Shown here piece by piece: positions 35,185 through 45,856 of a stretch of 64,000 nt of DNA. The notes under the pieces are model-generated. The model did not search any database. It was not told the origin of the DNA and worked only from the letters and a program-made list of their open reading frames with translations. The stretch's first letter is position 1. The number at the start of each line of letters is the position of its first letter. The translations under genes and the position numbers were made by a program. Location of the stretch: NCBI GenBank assembly GCA_963716745.1, contig OY970320.1:2624001-2688000 (forward strand), written 5' to 3'. The stretch is from an uncultured Gemmatimonadaceae bacterium. Its GTDB lineage: Bacteria > Gemmatimonadota > Gemmatimonadetes > Gemmatimonadales > Gemmatimonadaceae.

Positions 35185-35892
35185 ATGGACCGCCCCGCCC
35201 AGCCGGCCGTCGAGTGCATTGCCCTCGCCCATCGCTTCGGCCCGAAATGGGCGCTGCGTGGGATCACGATGCGCATCGCGGCAGGCGAGATCGTCGCGGT
35301 CACGGGCAACAATGGCAGCGGCAAGAGTACGCTGCTGCGCGTCGTCGCGACGGCCCTGCGTCCCTCCCGCGGCTCGGCGCGCGTGTTCGGCCATGACGTG
35401 CGAACGGACGCGGCTTCAGTGCGCGGAATGTGCGCGCTCGTGGGGCACGCGAGCGGGGTGTACGCCGACCTCACCGTGCGCGAGAACCTGGGATTCGCGA
35501 TGCGCATGAGCGGCGAGTCGATGGACGACGCGCGCATTGCCGCCGCGATCGAGCGCGTGAATCTCGCCCACGAGGCCGATACCCGCGCCCGCGACCTCTC
35601 CGCCGGCCAGCAGCGCCGCGTCTCGCTCGCGCGCGTGATGCTCCGCGATGTGCAGCTGCTGTTGCTCGACGAACCGTACACGAGCTTCGATGAAGAAGGC
35701 ATTGCGCGCGTGAATGAACTGCTCCGCGAACTGCGCGCGCGCGGCGGCTCGGCGCTCGTGATCACGCACGATCTCGACCGCACCCGCGCGGTGATGGACC
35801 GCGCGATCCGCCTCGACGCCGGCATGCTCCACGAGCCGTCGCTCACGCCCACCGGCGCGATGCCGGCCTTCCGCCTGGCGAGCCGTGGCTGA
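35185..35892 (+). CDS. ccmA: Heme ABC exporter ATP-binding protein
   Basis: GNNGSGKST, LSAGQQRR, LLLDEP; first gene of the ccm operon. Confidence 0.9.
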   Translation: MDRPAQPAVECIALAHRFGPKWALRGITMRIAAGEIVAVTGNNGSGKSTLLRVVATALRPSRGSARVFGHDVRTDAASVRGMCALVGHASGVYADLTVRENLGFAMRMSGESMDDARIAAAIERVNLAHEADTRARDLSAGQQRRVSLARVMLRDVQLLLLDEPYTSFDEEGIARVNELLRELRARGGSALVITHDLDRTRAVMDRAIRLDAGMLHEPSLTPTGAMPAFRLASRG

Positions 35893-36581
35893 GCGCGCGT
35901 GGTCGCGCGAATTCGCGCGCATGGGCGCGGTGGCGTGGAAGGATCTCGCCGTCGAGCGCCGCTCCAAGGCGAGCGTGAACGCCGTGCTCTTCTTCGCCGC
36001 GCTCACGCTGCTCCTCTTCGGTTTCGCCCTCGGCGCCGACACCGACGCGCTCAAGTCCGCGAGCGCCGGCATGCTCTGGCTCACGGTGCTGTTCTCGGGC
36101 GTGCTCGTGTTCAACCGGTCGTACGAGACGGAACTCGACGGCGGCGCGCTCGAGGTGCTGCTGCTCTATCCCGGGCGAGCGCTGGTCGATCTTCGCCGGC
36201 AAACTCATCGCGAATCTCGCGTTCGTGCTCACGGTAGAAGTCGTGACGCTTCCAGTAGCGGTGGTGCTCTATCACATGCCGCTCGCCAACGCGCCGTGGG
36301 GCGTGGCCGGCGTCATGCTGCTCGGCACGATCGGTTTCGTCACGCTCGGCACGTTCTACGCGGCGATGGCGAGCCGGCTGCGCTCGCGCGAAGTGCTGCT
36401 GCCGCTGCTGCTCTTCCCGATGCTCGTGCCCGTGCTCATCGCCGCGGTGCAGGCGACGCAGGCCATGCTCCTGGGCGATGCGATGGGCGACAGCACGACC
36501 TGGGTGCGCCTGCTCGTGGTGTTCGATGTCATCTTCCTCGTCGCCGCGGTGCTGGCGTTCGAGCACGTGATCGAAGGGTGA
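35885..36581 (+). CDS. ccmB: Heme exporter protein B; frameshift near 36180
   Basis: WKDLAVE, REVLLPLLLFP. Confidence 0.88.
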
Positions 36582-36585
36582 TGCG

Positions 36586-37282
36586 ATGAGCGAAAGCAAG
36601 CGCAAGCCGGTCTTGATCCTCGTCACGGCGCTGCGTGCTCGCGGCGCTCGCCGCCGCGCAGTGGTGGGCGGTGAGTCACTCCGCGCCGGACCGCGACATG
36701 GGCGATCTGCAGAAGATCATGTACGTGCACGTGCCGAGCGCGTGGAGCTTCTTCGTGGCGTTCTTCATCGTGCTCGTCGCGAGCGGGATGTACCTCGCGA
36801 CGCGCGACGAGCGCTACGACCTGATCGCGGCGAGCGCCGCCGAGGTGGGCGCGGTGCTCACCGGGCTGGCGCTGGTGACGGGCTCGATCTGGGGGCGCTC
36901 GACGTGGGGCACGTGGTGGACATGGGACGCGCGCCTCACCAGCACGGCGGTGCTGTTCCTGATCTATCTTGGGTACCTGTCGCTGCGCGCCGCGATCGAC
37001 GACACCACCGTGCGCGCGCGGTGGAGCGCCGCCGTGGGGATCCTTGGCGCGATCAATGTCCCGATCGTATACATGTCGGTGCGCTGGTGGCGCACGCTGC
37101 ACCAGGTGCAATCGAGTCCGAGCACCGTGGCGGGATCGTACGTGACGTCGCTGCGACTGAACGCGGTGGTGATGCTGATGGTGACGGCATGGTTCATCCT
37201 CGCGCGCTACCATGCGGCGATGATCGAGCGCGCGGCGGGCGCGCTGGCGGAGGAAGCGGCGCTCGGTGGGAGGCGGTCATGA
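36586..37282 (+). CDS. ccmC: Heme exporter protein C; frameshift near 36630
   Basis: YVHVPSAW, WGRSTWGTWWTWDARLT, WWRTLHQ. Confidence 0.93.
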
Positions 37283-37425
37283 GCGGTGAATGGAGCTATG
37301 TGACGGCGGCGTACGCGGCGGCGTGGATCTGCTTCGTCGGCTATGCCGTGCGTCTCGTGCGGATCACCATGCGGGCGCGCCGCGACTACGACGCGGCGCG
37401 CGACGCACTGGTGCGATCGCTATGA
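37279..37425 (+). CDS. ccmD: CcmD-like small membrane protein
   Basis: MSGEWSYVTAAYAAAWICFVGY...; position between ccmC and ccmE. Confidence 0.7.
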   Translation: MSGEWSYVTAAYAAAWICFVGYAVRLVRITMRARRDYDAARDALVRSL

Positions 37426-37869
37426 CCAGCACGAAGAAGGCGTTGATCATCGGCGGCGGAGTGATGTTCGCGGCCGCATTCGCCTATCTCCTGTTCGGCG
37501 GGATCGGGAACAACCTCGTGTACTTCCTCACGCCGTCGGAGTTGCTCGCGAAAGGACCGGCGGCGTACGACACGCCCGTGCGGCTCGGCGGGCAAGTGGT
37601 GCCGGGCAGCGTGGTGTGGGATGCGCCGAACGTCGACCTGCGATTCACGATGCAGGACGGCAAGGCGCAGGTGATGCGTGCACTCGCGCGGCGCGCCGCC
37701 GCAGATGTTCCGCGATGGGATCGGGGTGGTGGTCGAAGGCAGATATTCGGCGAAGGGCACCTTCGAGGCGACGAATCTCCTCGTGAAGCACTCGAACGAG
37801 TACAAGCCGCCGAAGGCTGGGCAGGATCCGTCGGAGATGTACAAGTCGCTCATGAAGGGAGGCGCGTAA
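37422..37869 (+). CDS. ccmE: Heme chaperone CcmE; frameshift near 37678
   Basis: LVYFLTPSE, RLGGQV, PQMFRDG, KHSNEY (HxxxY). Confidence 0.9.
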
Positions 37870-39903
37870 TGCTGAACGCGATCGGCTCGAGCGCGCTCAT
37901 CGTCGCGCTCGCGATCTCGGTGTTGGGCCTCGTGGCCGCGGCGGCCGGCGGAGTGCGCCGCAACGCGGCGTTCGTCCGCGCCGCCTACGCGGCGGCGTAC
38001 GTGAACTTCGCCCTGCTCGCGATCGCGGCCGGCACGATGATCACCGCGCTCGTGACGCACGATTTCAGCGTGAGCTACGTGGCGCAGGTGGGCAGCCGCT
38101 CGACGCCGATGCTCTACACCGTCATCTCGCTCTGGGGCGCGCTCGAGGGATCCATCCTCCTCTGGGGCCTGGTGCTCACCGGCTACACCGCCGCGGTGGT
38201 GTACCTCAATCGCGGCCGCGCGGGGCAGCTGCTGCCCTTCGCGACCGCGACGCTCTTCGGGATCGCGACCTTCTTCCTGATCCTGCTCGTGGGCCCGGCG
38301 AATCCGTTCCACACGGTGTTCCCCGTGCCCCCCGACGGTCCGGGGCCGAACGTGCTGCTTCAGAACCATCCGCTGATGGCCATCCATCCGCCGTTCCTCT
38401 ATCTCGGCTACGTCGGCATGAGCGTGCCGTTCGCCTTCGCGATCGGCGCGCTGCTCTCCGGCGAGACGGACGGCGACTGGATCCGCACGACGCGGCGCTG
38501 GACGATGGTCGCGTGGGGCTTCCTCGGCTTCGCGATCGTCGCCGGGATGTGGTGGAGCTACGACGTGCTCGGCTGGGGCGGCTACTGGGCCTGGGATCCG
38601 GTGGAGAACGCGAGCTTCATGCCGTGGCTCACCGCCACCGCGTTCATCCATTCGGAGATCGTCGAGGAGCGGCGCGGCATGCTGCGCGTGTGGAACATGA
38701 CGCTCATCGTCGCGACGTTCATCCTCACGATCCTCGGCACCTTCCTCACGCGCAGCGGCATCCTGAGTTCGGTGCACGCCTTCGCGGAAGGCGTCGTGGG
38801 CTACTACTTCCTCGGATTCATCGCGCTCGTGCTCATTGGCTCGATGATCCTGCTCGCGGGGCGGAGCAATTCGCTCAAGAGCACGGGCCAGCTCGACGCG
38901 ATCGCGAGCCGCGAGACGGTGTTCCTCTTCAATAATCTGCTGCTCTGCGGCTTCATGTTCACGGTGCTGCTCGGCACGCTCTTTCCGCTCGTCGCCGAGG
39001 CGATCCGCGGCGTGAAGGTGAGCGTGGGCGCGCCATTCTTCAACACGATGACGCTGCCGATCGTCGCCGCGCTTGCTGCTGCTCATGGGCGTGGGGCCGG
39101 CGCTGCCGTGGCGGAGCGCGACGAAGGAGCAGGTGCAGCGCCAGCTGATCCCGCCAACGGTGATCATGGTGATCGTGATCGTAGGCAGTCTCGTGGCCGG
39201 GCTCCGCCAGCCGTACGCGATCGCGGCGTTCGCGTTCGGCGCGTTCGCGATCACGGCGAACCTGCGCGAGTACTGGCGCGGCGCGCGGGCGCGCATGCGC
39301 GCGCAGGGGGAGAACTTCTTCGTCGCGCTCGCGCGACTCGTGCAGGGGAACCGACGGCGCTACGGCGGCTACCTCGCGCATCTCGGCGTGCTCACCCTCG
39401 CGCTCGGCGTGACCGCGAGCAGCGCGTTCCGCATGGAGCGTGAGGCGACGATCAAGCCCGGCGGCACGATCACGCTCGCGGGGTACACCGTGCGCCTCAA
39501 TGAGATGTGGGGACGCGAGGAGCCGCAGCGCGTGGTGGTGGGCGCGAGTCTCTTCGTGGAGCGCGGCGGCAAACGCATCGGCACGCTCGATCCGCGTCTC
39601 AATTATTTCCGGACGTCCGAGCAGCCGGTGGCGACGCCCGCGGTGCGGAGCCGCGCGGACGCCGATCTCTACGTGAACCTCATGGCGTTCGAGCGCGACG
39701 GATCGTCCGCGACCTTCCGCGTGCTCGTGGAGCCGCTGGTGGCATGGATCTGGGCGGGCGGGATGATCGTCGCGCTGGGCGCGCTGGTGTGCGTCTGGCC
39801 CGGCGCCGCGGCTCCCGCGTGGGTGCCGGCCGGCATGCGTCGCGCGCGCGCCGAGGCCGTTGAGGAGGAGGAGCCTGCCGTGGCGACGGAAGGCGCCGCG
39901 TGA
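37869..39903 (+). CDS. ccmF: Cytochrome c heme lyase CcmF; frameshift near 39070
   Basis: HPPFLYLGY, WGGYWAWDPVENAS, TRSGILSSVHAF, LAHLG. Confidence 0.95.
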
Positions 39904-40487
39904 ACTGGAAGCGCGCGCTCGTCGCTTTGCTGTGCGCGATCCCGATCATCGCGCTCCTCGCCTTCGGAATGACGCGCGACCCGCGCGAGATCCCGAGTCC
40001 GCTCCCGGGCAACGAGGCGCCGAAGTTCGCGCTGGCCGTCTTCTCCTTCCCGGCGAACGCGCCGGCGGCGCAGGCGAAGGCGGCCGAGCTGCTCAAAGAC
40101 ACCGTGCGTCTCGATACGCTCCGCGGGAAGGTCGTGGTGCTCAATTTCTGGGCGAGCTGGTGCCTGGCGTGCCGCGATGAGCACACCGCGCTCTCCGAGG
40201 CCGCGACCGCGCTCAAAGGCACCGATGCGCGTTTCTTCGGCGTGCTCTACCAGGACGTGCCGCAGAACGGCCGCGACTGGATCAAGCAGATGGGCGGGCA
40301 ATCATATCCTGGATTGTTCGATCCCAAGTCACGCACGGCGATCGATTACGGACTGTACGGCGTGCCGGAGACGTTCTTCATCGGGCGCGACGGCCGGGTC
40401 GCGTACAAGCACGTGGGCGCGGTGCCGATGGACGTGATCATGGGCACGGTGCAGAAGCTGCTCGCCGAGCAGCCGGGGGCGCGGTGA
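39900..40487 (+). CDS. ccmG: Thiol:disulfide oxidoreductase CcmG/TlpA
   Basis: NFWASWCLAC, YGVPETFFI. Confidence 0.9.
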   Translation: MNWKRALVALLCAIPIIALLAFGMTRDPREIPSPLPGNEAPKFALAVFSFPANAPAAQAKAAELLKDTVRLDTLRGKVVVLNFWASWCLACRDEHTALSEAATALKGTDARFFGVLYQDVPQNGRDWIKQMGGQSYPGLFDPKSRTAIDYGLYGVPETFFIGRDGRVAYKHVGAVPMDVIMGTVQKLLAEQPGAR

Positions 40488-40919
40488 TCGTGCGGTGCGC
40501 GGCTCGGCGGACGCTGTGCTTCGCTCTGGCGGCGCTTGTGTCATCTCGTTGCATTCTCATAGTGCGGCCTGTCAGGGCGATTCCCGACTGGATGACTCGG
40601 TGACGGGCGGTCGCATTCGCAATTGCGATGCCCCGTGTGCCAGGGCGAATCGATCCAGGATTCGCCATCGGGACTCGCGAAGGAAATGCGAGATGTGGTG
40701 CGCGAGCAGCTGGCCGCGGGCCGGTCGAGCGAAGAGGTGAAAGCGTATTTCGTGAGCAAGTACGGCGAGTGGATCCTGCTGGAGCCGAAGGCGCACGGCG
40801 CGAACCTCACGGTGTATCTGTTGCCGTTCGTGATGTTGCTGGGCGGTGCATCGCTGATCGTGATCGCGGTCCGGCGATGGACGCGACCGAGCGCGGTGTC
40901 GCAGTCGGAGTCGCCGTAG
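40484..40919 (+). CDS. ccmH: Cytochrome c biogenesis protein CcmH (5' part frameshifted, start approximate)
   Basis: LRCPVCQGESIQDS, YFVSKYGEWILLEP. Confidence 0.88.
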
Positions 40920-40967
40920 ATCGACGGTCGCGACGCTCGTGGTCCTCAGATCCAGCGGAGGAGCGCC

Positions 40968-42445
40968 ATGAGATCATTCCCTCGTTCGAGTCTGCACTTG
41001 CTCCGCGTGGCGGCGTTCGCGGCGCTGGGGCTCATCGGCTGCACGGAGACCGTATACAAGGACTTCCCCGGTTTCGCGCCGCCGCCGTCGGGCGCCGGCG
41101 AATACCTCGGCTACACGAGCGGCTCTGGACCCGCTGCCCGGTGTGCGGCAACTGCCACGCGAGCCACCAGGCGCTCTGGACTCACCGCCAAGCACTCGAA
41201 GGCGTGGGCGAATCTCCAGGCGAGCGGGCACGCGGCGCCGGAGTGCGGCGTATGCCACTCCGTGAGCACGCTCGGCAATGACACGGGCGCGGCGCGGTTC
41301 GGCTACCAAGGTTCGCCGAGCGAGCGCTATCAGGACGTGCAGTGTGAGGCGTGCCATGGCCCGGGACAGAATCACGTAGAGAATGCGGAGGTCGATCGCG
41401 AACCAGCCCATCCCATCGATCTACGTGGCGGCGGGACTGAATTCGAGTTGCAGCGGATGCCACACCGGCGAGCACCAGCCGTTCGTGGAGGAGTGGTCGC
41501 AGTCGGCGCACGGGATCGTGCCGCACTTCGCGAATGGCGCCGGCAACACGTCGTGCCAGCCATGCCATACGGGGCAGGTGGCGCTCACGGCCACGATGGG
41601 CGTCACGAACACCGTGTACAAGGAGATCAACAACCCGCTCACGACGCAGGGGCCGAACGGCGCGCTCACGATCGTGTGCGCGGTGTGTCACGATCCGCAC
41701 GGCAGCCCGAACCTTGGCCAGACGCGTTTCCCGGTGGACACGGTGGATGTGGCCACGAATCTCTGCGCGCGTTGTCACAACCGGCGGTCGGTGCCCGATC
41801 AGAGCGGCAACAAGGGTCCGCACGCGCCGGAAGGTCCGCTCCTCATCGGCAACAACGATGTGGGCTGGCGGCCGCCGAACATGACGCAGGACAACATCCA
41901 CGGGTCGCACGGCGATACGCTGGTGAACTCGAAGCTCTGTGCCACGTGCCACATCTTCAAGAGCCAGAGCACCGATTCGTCGGGCATCACGTTCTTCTCG
42001 ACGGGCCATCTGTTCCTCGCGATCCCGTGCGTCGATGCGAACGGGAAGCCGCTGCCGACCGATTGCGCGGAGGCGAACCGCACGTTCAACGCGTGCGCGA
42101 CCTGCCACGGCGTCGGGCGCGGTCGCGAAGAGCCTGATGGACAACGAGGTGCTCATCATCAACGGGCTGCTCAACACGATGTACGGCATCCTGACGAACC
42201 AGGCGAAGATCCCGTGCTCGCAGTACACATCGACGTCGGGTGCGCCGTGGACCACCGCGCGCGGCGCCCGATTCAATTATCTGCTCGCGGCGGAATCGGG
42301 GAGCGCCGTCGCCGGCCAAGCGTGCGGGAGCGATCTCGCGCTGCCGCCCGCGGTGAGCAAGCTCGGCTCGGCTGTGCACAACGTGCCGCTCATGGAGCAG
42401 CTGCTGATCAACAGCATCGACCAGCTGAATCAGGACTACCCGTAG
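40968..42445 (+). CDS. Multiheme c-type cytochrome lipoprotein, 9 CxxCH; several frameshifts
   Basis: Lipobox LIGC; CGNCH, CGVCH, CEACH, CSGCH, CQPCH, CAVCH, CARCH, CATCH, CATCH across frames; helical C-terminus VHNVPLMEQLLINSIDQL. Confidence 0.85.
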
Positions 42446-42562
42446 AGCGAACCTGCTTGACGGGAAGGGCCCGCGACTGCACTCATAGAGGCAGGTCGCA
42501 TCCGCACCGGGGGGCGTTCAGCTCCCCGGCCGCGCATTGGAGCCCACGCTCGGGAGACGCGA

Positions 42563-44393
42563 TTGATCCAGCAGATCGCTCAGTCGCTCCCGGATTCAGT
42601 CCGCGAAGTCACGGTGGTGAAGACGCCGATTCCCGGCGGCGTCGGCGTGTTCGTGCGCTGGCTGATGAACCTGCCGAGCTGGATCCAGATCACGGCGTGC
42701 TGCGATCGCGGCGGTGATCGGCATCGTGGTGCTCCGGTATCTCTGGAAGCGGCGCAAGGCGATCTGGGCATGGTTCACGACGCGCTCGCGCGGCACCAAG
42801 ATCGCGATCGGCGGCCTCGTCACCGCCGGTCGTGGCGGCGGTTCATCGCGTTCGGCGCGGTGTAGTGGCACTACATGATGCACAACAACGAATTCTGCAG
42901 CAGCTGCCACGTCATGACGAGCGCGTACTCGCGCTTTCAGCATAGCGAGCACAGCAAGCTGCAGTGCCACGATTGTCACGTGCAATCGATCTTCGTGAGC
43001 GCGCGGCAGCTCGTGCTCTGGGTGGCGGAGAAGCCGCAGGTGATCCCGCCGCACGCGAAGGTGCCGAACAAAGTGTGCGGCGAGTGCCACCTCCAGAAAC
43101 CGGGACAGGACAGCATCTGGAAGCGGATCAGCGCCACCGCGGGCCACCATCTGCATCTCAATTCGACCAAGCCGGCGCTCAAGGACATGCAGTGCACCAC
43201 GTGCCACGGCGTGGACGTGCATCACTTCGCGCCGGAGAACGCGTCGTGCGGACAGGCGGGGTGCCACGATAACCTGCCGATGAAGCTCGCGAAGATGAGA
43301 GACCAGACCGAGCTCCATTGCACGAAATGCCATCAGTTCACGCTCCCGGTGGCGGAGAACATCAGCATCGATTCCGCGAAGCAGGCATTGAATCCGACGT
43401 TCGGCCAGTGTGTCGGCTGTCACGACATGAAGAAGGCGCTGGGCAACTACGATCTCGCAGCGGACCCGCACAAGGGCGTGTGCGGCTCGTGCCACAATCC
43501 GCATACGCAGGAAACGCCGCAGGCCGCGTGGACGCTCGTGCGCGAACTCGGGCTGCCACGAGAATGCGGTGACGCTCACGCCGTTCCATAAGGGGATCGC
43601 GGCTGCGGCGCTGCAAAAGTGCTCGACGTGCCACCAGGCGCACACGTGGGCGGTGAGCGGCGACAAGTGCATCGTCTGTCACTCGCGCATCTACGAGGAC
43701 CGGCCGGCGGCCGCGACCGCGAATGCCGGCGGTACGCCAGCGCGGCTCGCCTCGTCAGGCGGCGCGCCGGCGTACTCGGGCTCCGAGAAATTCTCGCACA
43801 ACCGGCATCGCGGTGTCACGTGCACGTCGTGCCATGGCACGGGCACTGCGCACGGGGCGCTGTTGGTAAAGACGGAGGCGGATTGCCAGCGCTGCCACCA
43901 TTCGACGGCGGCGGGCGGCGCGATGTCGGGCGCGCCGGCGCGCACGTGCACGAGCTGTCACGCGTCGGCCAGCTTCGCACGGCGATCGCGGAGACGCTCA
44001 CGGTGAAACTCTCCGTGTGGAAGGCGCCGCGCGCGAGAGTGCTCGCGTTCCCGCACGACCAGCACAGCTCGGTGGCCTGCGTCTCGTGCCACTCGACGCC
44101 CGTGACGATGGCGGTGCCGGCCGAACGGGAACTGCGCGAGCTGCCACGAGAAGCATCACACGCCCGACAACCGCTGCATGTCGTGCCACACCACGCCCAA
44201 GGCCGCGCACACGCGTGAGGCGCACCTCGGGTGCCAGAGCGCGCAGTGCCATGCGCCGCAGTCGGTGTCGGCGTTGAAGCCGCAGCGCAACGTGTGCCTC
44301 ACCTGTCACTCCGACAAGGTGAATCACAAGCCGGGCAAGGAGTGCGCGGCGTGCCATCAGGTGGAGTGGCTCACGGCACAGAAGGGCACCTGA
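42563..44393 (+). CDS. Inner-membrane-anchored multiheme cytochrome, NapC/NirT-like N-terminus, 17 CxxCH + 3 Cx4CH; frameshifts and one in-frame TAG (42863)
   Basis: N-terminal hydrophobic helices; FCSSCHVM..AY.RF..S.H...CHDCH; continuous heme motifs through ORFs 42875, 43569, 43619 and 44178. Confidence 0.8.
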
Positions 44394-44395
44394 TC

Positions 44396-45856
44396 GTGCG
44401 CGCACGTTCGGCGTTCGCGGCGATGGCATCACTGGCCGTCATCGTGCTGTCCGGCGCCGCGCAGGAGATCCGCTTCGGCGGGGCGACCGTGGGGCAGGTG
44501 ATCCAGCTGCCCACGCTCGTGATCGACAGCGTGCCGATCGGCGCGACCACCGGCAGCGGGAACTACCGGCAGACGTCGAACGGATACGTGGCGTGGTGTC
44601 CGTCGACCACCGGCTACTGCTTCTATCATCGCTCCGGACCGACGATCACCACGTCGCCGCTCACGCAGGACCTCGAGGTCAACGCCTTCGGATTCGGGCA
44701 GGGGTTGCGCTTCTACGCCGACGTGCGGTTGCGCGTCACCGGCGGGAATCAGGCGTGGCCGCTCTCGGGACAGACGTTCTCCGCGCTCGCCGCCTATCTC
44801 GAGTACGATCGCAGCGATTGGCGCGCGCGGCTCGGGCGGCAGTTCACGTCCAACGGGCTGGGCTACTACAACTACGACGGCCTCGAGGTGCTCTGGCGCG
44901 CGACCCCGTGGATCGATGCGCAGCTCTACGGCGGCGGCGCGCTCATGCAAGGCGTGAACGCGCCGTACACGAACTCCGTGATCACCGATCCGCAGTCGCC
45001 GCCGCTGCCGAATGACAACGCGTGGCTCATCGGCGCGCGCGTGCGCGGCCACTGGCAGAACGGATCGTCGATCTCGGCGCTCTTCCAGGTGATCGATCGC
45101 GACGACTTCGGCGGCCTGTACTCCGAGCGGCTCGCGGTGAACGGTGTCTTCCATGCGGGGATCACGACGATCACCGCCGACGTGCAGGCCGATCTCGCCA
45201 CCAACCAGTTCGATCTCGCGCAGGCGCGGGCGCAGTATCCACTCGCGCGCGGGACCGGCGTGTTCCTCGAGGTGCGCCACTTCGTGCCGGTGTTCGAACT
45301 GTATTCCATCTGGAGCGTATTCTCGCCCGTCGGCTACAACGAGCTCACCGGCGGCGCCTTCTGGGCGTCGCACGACGGTGTGCTCAGCGCACAATTCGGC
45401 GGCGGATATCGCAGCTACGAGCCGACGAACGCGGGCACGGGCGATCTCACGACGAACGGTTGGCGCATCGGCGCCAATGCCACGTGGCAGGCGATCCCGA
45501 AGCTCATTGTGAGAGGCGGCTATCATTACGATCTCGGGCCGGGCGCCGCCGAGAGTGATGGCAATCTCTCCGCACGCTGGGAGCCGAACGAGGACACGTA
45601 CGCGGGCGTCTTCGCGACGGCGTTCCAGACCGCCTACGAGTATCAGCAGGGGTTCGGCACCGTGTTCGGCGGCGGTGTGACCGGGGGGATGAAGCTCGCC
45701 GACTGGGGTCGTGTGGCGGCGGACATCGGCGAGTTCCGGAACACATACGGCGGCAACGCGCCGCAGTCGAACTGGAATCAGTTCCGCGCGCTGCTGCGAT
45801 TCGACTTCCTCGTCGGGAAGGAGCCGGGCTACGCGGGCGGCGGGGTGGTGCGATGA
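44396..45856 (+). CDS. Putative outer membrane beta-barrel (porin) of the cytochrome cluster
   Basis: Signal peptide; many amphipathic strands (AAYLEYD, WRARLGRQ, WRIGANATW, FRALLRFDF); located between two multiheme genes. Confidence 0.72.
   Translation: MRARSAFAAMASLAVIVLSGAAQEIRFGGATVGQVIQLPTLVIDSVPIGATTGSGNYRQTSNGYVAWCPSTTGYCFYHRSGPTITTSPLTQDLEVNAFGFGQGLRFYADVRLRVTGGNQAWPLSGQTFSALAAYLEYDRSDWRARLGRQFTSNGLGYYNYDGLEVLWRATPWIDAQLYGGGALMQGVNAPYTNSVITDPQSPPLPNDNAWLIGARVRGHWQNGSSISALFQVIDRDDFGGLYSERLAVNGVFHAGITTITADVQADLATNQFDLAQARAQYPLARGTGVFLEVRHFVPVFELYSIWSVFSPVGYNELTGGAFWASHDGVLSAQFGGGYRSYEPTNAGTGDLTTNGWRIGANATWQAIPKLIVRGGYHYDLGPGAAESDGNLSARWEPNEDTYAGVFATAFQTAYEYQQGFGTVFGGGVTGGMKLADWGRVAADIGEFRNTYGGNAPQSNWNQFRALLRFDFLVGKEPGYAGGGVVR

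Noticed and set aside
37290..39443. CcmE-CcmF fusion ORF
   Set aside because: Artefact of the ccmE frameshift. The CcmE C-terminus is in another frame and ccmF has its own ATG at 37869.
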